From Gemmatimonadota bacterium (GTDB lineage: Bacteria > Gemmatimonadota > Gemmatimonadetes > Palauibacterales > Palauibacteraceae): 64,000 nt of DNA. Where the stretch lies: assembly GCA_965116475.1 (NCBI GenBank), contig OZ220691.1:2048001-2112000 (forward strand). Direction: 5' to 3'. This document shows positions 61,459 through 64,000 of this stretch, one piece after another (position 1 is the first letter of the stretch; each line of letters opens with the position of its first letter). The notes under the pieces were generated by a model, which had not been told where the DNA came from, searched no databases, and saw only the letters and a program-made list of their open reading frames with translations. A program made the position numbers and the translations under genes.

Positions 61459-62835
61459 ATGACCGACAACACGAATACGGATTCCGCCGCCGATTCGGGG
61501 CATCCGGCCGGCCTGATGGACAAGCTCGTGTCCCTCGCCAAGCGGCGCGGGTTCATCTTCCAGTCCTCCGAGATCTACGGGGGGGTGGGGTCCGTCTACG
61601 ACTACGGGCCGCTCGGCATCGAACTCAAGAACCGCATCCAGGAGCTGTGGTGGCGCGAGATGGTGTTCCGCCACGCGAACATCGTGGGGCTGGATGCGGG
61701 GATCCTCATGAACCCCGAGGTGTGGGTCGCGAGCGGGCACGTGGGGGCGTTCACGGACCCGCTCGTCGAGTGCCGCAGCTGCCACCGCCGCTTCCGCGCG
61801 GACGACCTGCCGCGGCTGGAGGCGGGCAAGCCCGAAGCCCAGCAGTGCGGGGTGTGCGGCACCACCGGCGAATGGACGGACCCGCGCCAGTTCAACCTCA
61901 TGTTCAAGACGTTCATGGGAGTGGTGGAGGACGAGGCCTCGACCGTCTTCCTGCGGCCGGAGACGGCGCAGGGGATCTTCGTCAACTTCCGGAACGTGCA
62001 GGAATCCGTGCGCCAGAAGGTCCCGTTCGGGATTGCGCAGGTGGGGAAGGCGTTCCGGAACGAGATCACGCCGGGGAACTTCATCTTCCGCACGCGCGAG
62101 TTCGAGCAGATGGAGATGCAGTTCTTCGTCGCGCCGGGGACGGAAGACGAGTGGTTCGAGACGTGGAAGGAACGCCGCATGGGGTGGGTCGAGACGCTGG
62201 GGATCCGGCCGGAGCGGCTGCGCTTCCACCGGCACGGGCCGGACGAGCTCGCGCACTACTGCAAGGACGCGTCGGACATCCAGTACCGGTTTCCGTTCGG
62301 GTGGCAGGAGTTCGAGGGGATCCACAACCGGACGGACTACGACCTCGGGCGTCACCAGGAGCACTCGGGGAAGAAGCTGGAGTACTTCGACCAGCCCGCG
62401 AACCGGAAGTACGTGCCGTCCGTGATCGAGACCTCGGCGGGACTCAGCCGGACGCTGTTGGTCGTGCTGGCCGATGCCTATGGCGAAGAGGAAGTCGACG
62501 GCCAGCCGCGCGTCGTGCTGCGGCTCAAGCCGGCGCTGGCGCCCTTCCAGGCGGCGGTCTTCCCGCTCGTCAAGAAGGACGGAATGCCGGAGATCTCGGA
62601 GAAGCTGGCCGATGATCTGCGCGGGCCCTTCAACGTGCTCCACGACATCGCGGGATCGATCGGAAAGCGGTACCGGAGGCAGGACGAGGCGGGCACGCCG
62701 TTCTGTCTGACGATCGATGGGCAGACGCTGGAGGATGAGACGTGCACGGTGCGCGACCGGGATTCGCTCGAGCAGACGCGCGTGCCGCTGTCGGGCGTCG
62801 CGGCGTGGCTCGGCGCCGCGGTCGGCGGCGGCTGA
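61459..62835 (+). CDS. glyQS: Glycine--tRNA ligase (alpha2, GlyQS type)
   Basis: KRRGFIF..SEIYGG...DYGP.G, LRPETAQGIF, FRNEITPGNFIFRTREFEQ, GSIGKRYRRQDE. Confidence 0.96.
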   Translation: MTDNTNTDSAADSGHPAGLMDKLVSLAKRRGFIFQSSEIYGGVGSVYDYGPLGIELKNRIQELWWREMVFRHANIVGLDAGILMNPEVWVASGHVGAFTDPLVECRSCHRRFRADDLPRLEAGKPEAQQCGVCGTTGEWTDPRQFNLMFKTFMGVVEDEASTVFLRPETAQGIFVNFRNVQESVRQKVPFGIAQVGKAFRNEITPGNFIFRTREFEQMEMQFFVAPGTEDEWFETWKERRMGWVETLGIRPERLRFHRHGPDELAHYCKDASDIQYRFPFGWQEFEGIHNRTDYDLGRHQEHSGKKLEYFDQPANRKYVPSVIETSAGLSRTLLVVLADAYGEEEVDGQPRVVLRLKPALAPFQAAVFPLVKKDGMPEISEKLADDLRGPFNVLHDIAGSIGKRYRRQDEAGTPFCLTIDGQTLEDETCTVRDRDSLEQTRVPLSGVAAWLGAAVGGG

Positions 62836-62848
62836 CCGGGCGGGCCGC

Positions 62849-64000
62849 GTGCCGTTTCGCGTCGCGGAGATCCGCGACCGGGCCCAACGCCTGCAGAGCG
62901 CCCTGGCGCGCGCCTCGTATCGGCTTCGCAGCGGACTGGACGAGCGGTCGTCGCTCGCGTCGCTCTACCGGCACCATCGGCTTCTCCTCAGCCCCGGCGT
63001 GCTCCGGGCCATCCAGCGCGACCTGTCCGAGGCGCAGGGAGATGAGCGCCGGCGCCTGAAGACGCTCTTCAACTGGGTCGCGGGCCAGCAGATCGAGGCC
63101 GAACTCGCCCCGCTGGATGACGAACTGCGGTCGTGGGAGACGGGGACGACCGTGGCCCTCGCCGAGACGGAGATCCCGCTGAGGCGCGTCCCGGACTGGA
63201 TCGTGCGCGCGGAGGACCGGGGCGAACGGCTGGGGTGGGAAGCGGCGCGCCACCGGCGGATCGAGGAGGCCGCGGCGCTCCGGCTCGACGTCGTGCACCG
63301 GGGGCGCGAGGCGGTGGTCCAACTCGGACTTGGGGGATACACGGAGGCGCAGGAGCGGCTGGCCGGTCTGGACCTGCAGCGCCTGGAGCGCGATGCGGCG
63401 GCGATTCTGGAGGGTACGGAAGCGCGCTACCGGCAGATGTTCGCGGCAGAGGCGGAGTCTCGCCTCGATCCGCGCGAGGGGCCGCCTTCGCGGGCCGACG
63501 CCCGGTGGCTGATGGGGATGCGCTGGCTGGGGCGCCACTTCGAGATCGAGCCGTTCGCCGCGCGTCTGCGCCGCGCCATGGAGGCGATGGGGCTGGGCCG
63601 GGTGTTCGACCGCTCCGTGCGCGTCGACATCGACCGGCGACGGCTCAAGGACGAACGATCGTTCACGGCGGTCATCGACGTCCCCGGTGACGTGCGGCTC
63701 GTCGTGTGTCCGCTCGGCGGCTGGATCGACGCGCGCCGCCTGCTCCACGAAACGGGACACGCGCTCCACTACACGCACGCATCGGCCGCGCTCTCGTGGG
63801 AGGAGCGGGTGCTGGGCGACGATTCGATCGGCGAGTCCTTCGGCCTGGTGTTCGACTCGCTGACGCTGGATCGCGTCTGGGTGGAATCCGCGACGGGACT
63901 CGAGGGCGCCGCGCTCGAGGACTACCGGCAACTCGCGGGTTTCCTGAGGCTCTACCGCCTGCGCCGGGATGCCGCGCGCCTCCTCTGGGAGCTGGAGCTG
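62849..64000 (+). CDS. M3-like zinc metallopeptidase (runs off window end)
   Basis: GTG CCG TTT... start, in the same frame as LLHETGHALH (HExxH) and a downstream E. Absent from the ORF track, consistent with no stop before the window end. Confidence 0.7.
   Translation, partial: MPFRVAEIRDRAQRLQSALARASYRLRSGLDERSSLASLYRHHRLLLSPGVLRAIQRDLSEAQGDERRRLKTLFNWVAGQQIEAELAPLDDELRSWETGTTVALAETEIPLRRVPDWIVRAEDRGERLGWEAARHRRIEEAAALRLDVVHRGREAVVQLGLGGYTEAQERLAGLDLQRLERDAAAILEGTEARYRQMFAAEAESRLDPREGPPSRADARWLMGMRWLGRHFEIEPFAARLRRAMEAMGLGRVFDRSVRVDIDRRRLKDERSFTAVIDVPGDVRLVVCPLGGWIDARRLLHETGHALHYTHASAALSWEERVLGDDSIGESFGLVFDSLTLDRVWVESATGLEGAALEDYRQLAGFLRLYRLRRDAARLLWELEL

Overview
High-GC bacterial chromosomal window of about 50 genes. 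I found no rRNA, tRNA, CRISPR array, transposase or integrase. The gene content (many beta-propeller lipoproteins, DUF2723 glycosyltransferases, exported peptidases and amidohydrolases) suggests Gemmatimonadota, possibly a marine or host-associated lineage; this is inference only. Recognisable core genes are argG-argH-argR with ARG boxes, mog, folE2, carB, dinB, a ferritin and glyQS. Accessory content: a tandem array of six beta-propeller paralogs interrupted by an Abi-like HEPN gene with a structured ~150-nt leader and closed by hicBA; a duplicated DUF2723 pair; a His-rich ABC system; a GMC/TIM-barrel sugar-oxidation cluster; and a kinase-M23-PLP enzyme fusion. Signals the ORF track misses: (1) a secreted twin-CX3C peptide coupled to a propeller lipoprotein, behind three 21-bp-period direct repeats; (2) a peroxiredoxin-like lipoprotein with an in-frame UGA (UxxC) and a SECIS-like hairpin; (3) a 39-aa MetS-like microprotein; (4) two probable CTG starts overlapping upstream TGA stops; (5) two single-base frameshifts; (6) many short tandem duplications at gene junctions. 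All family assignments come from motif recognition by eye, not database searches.
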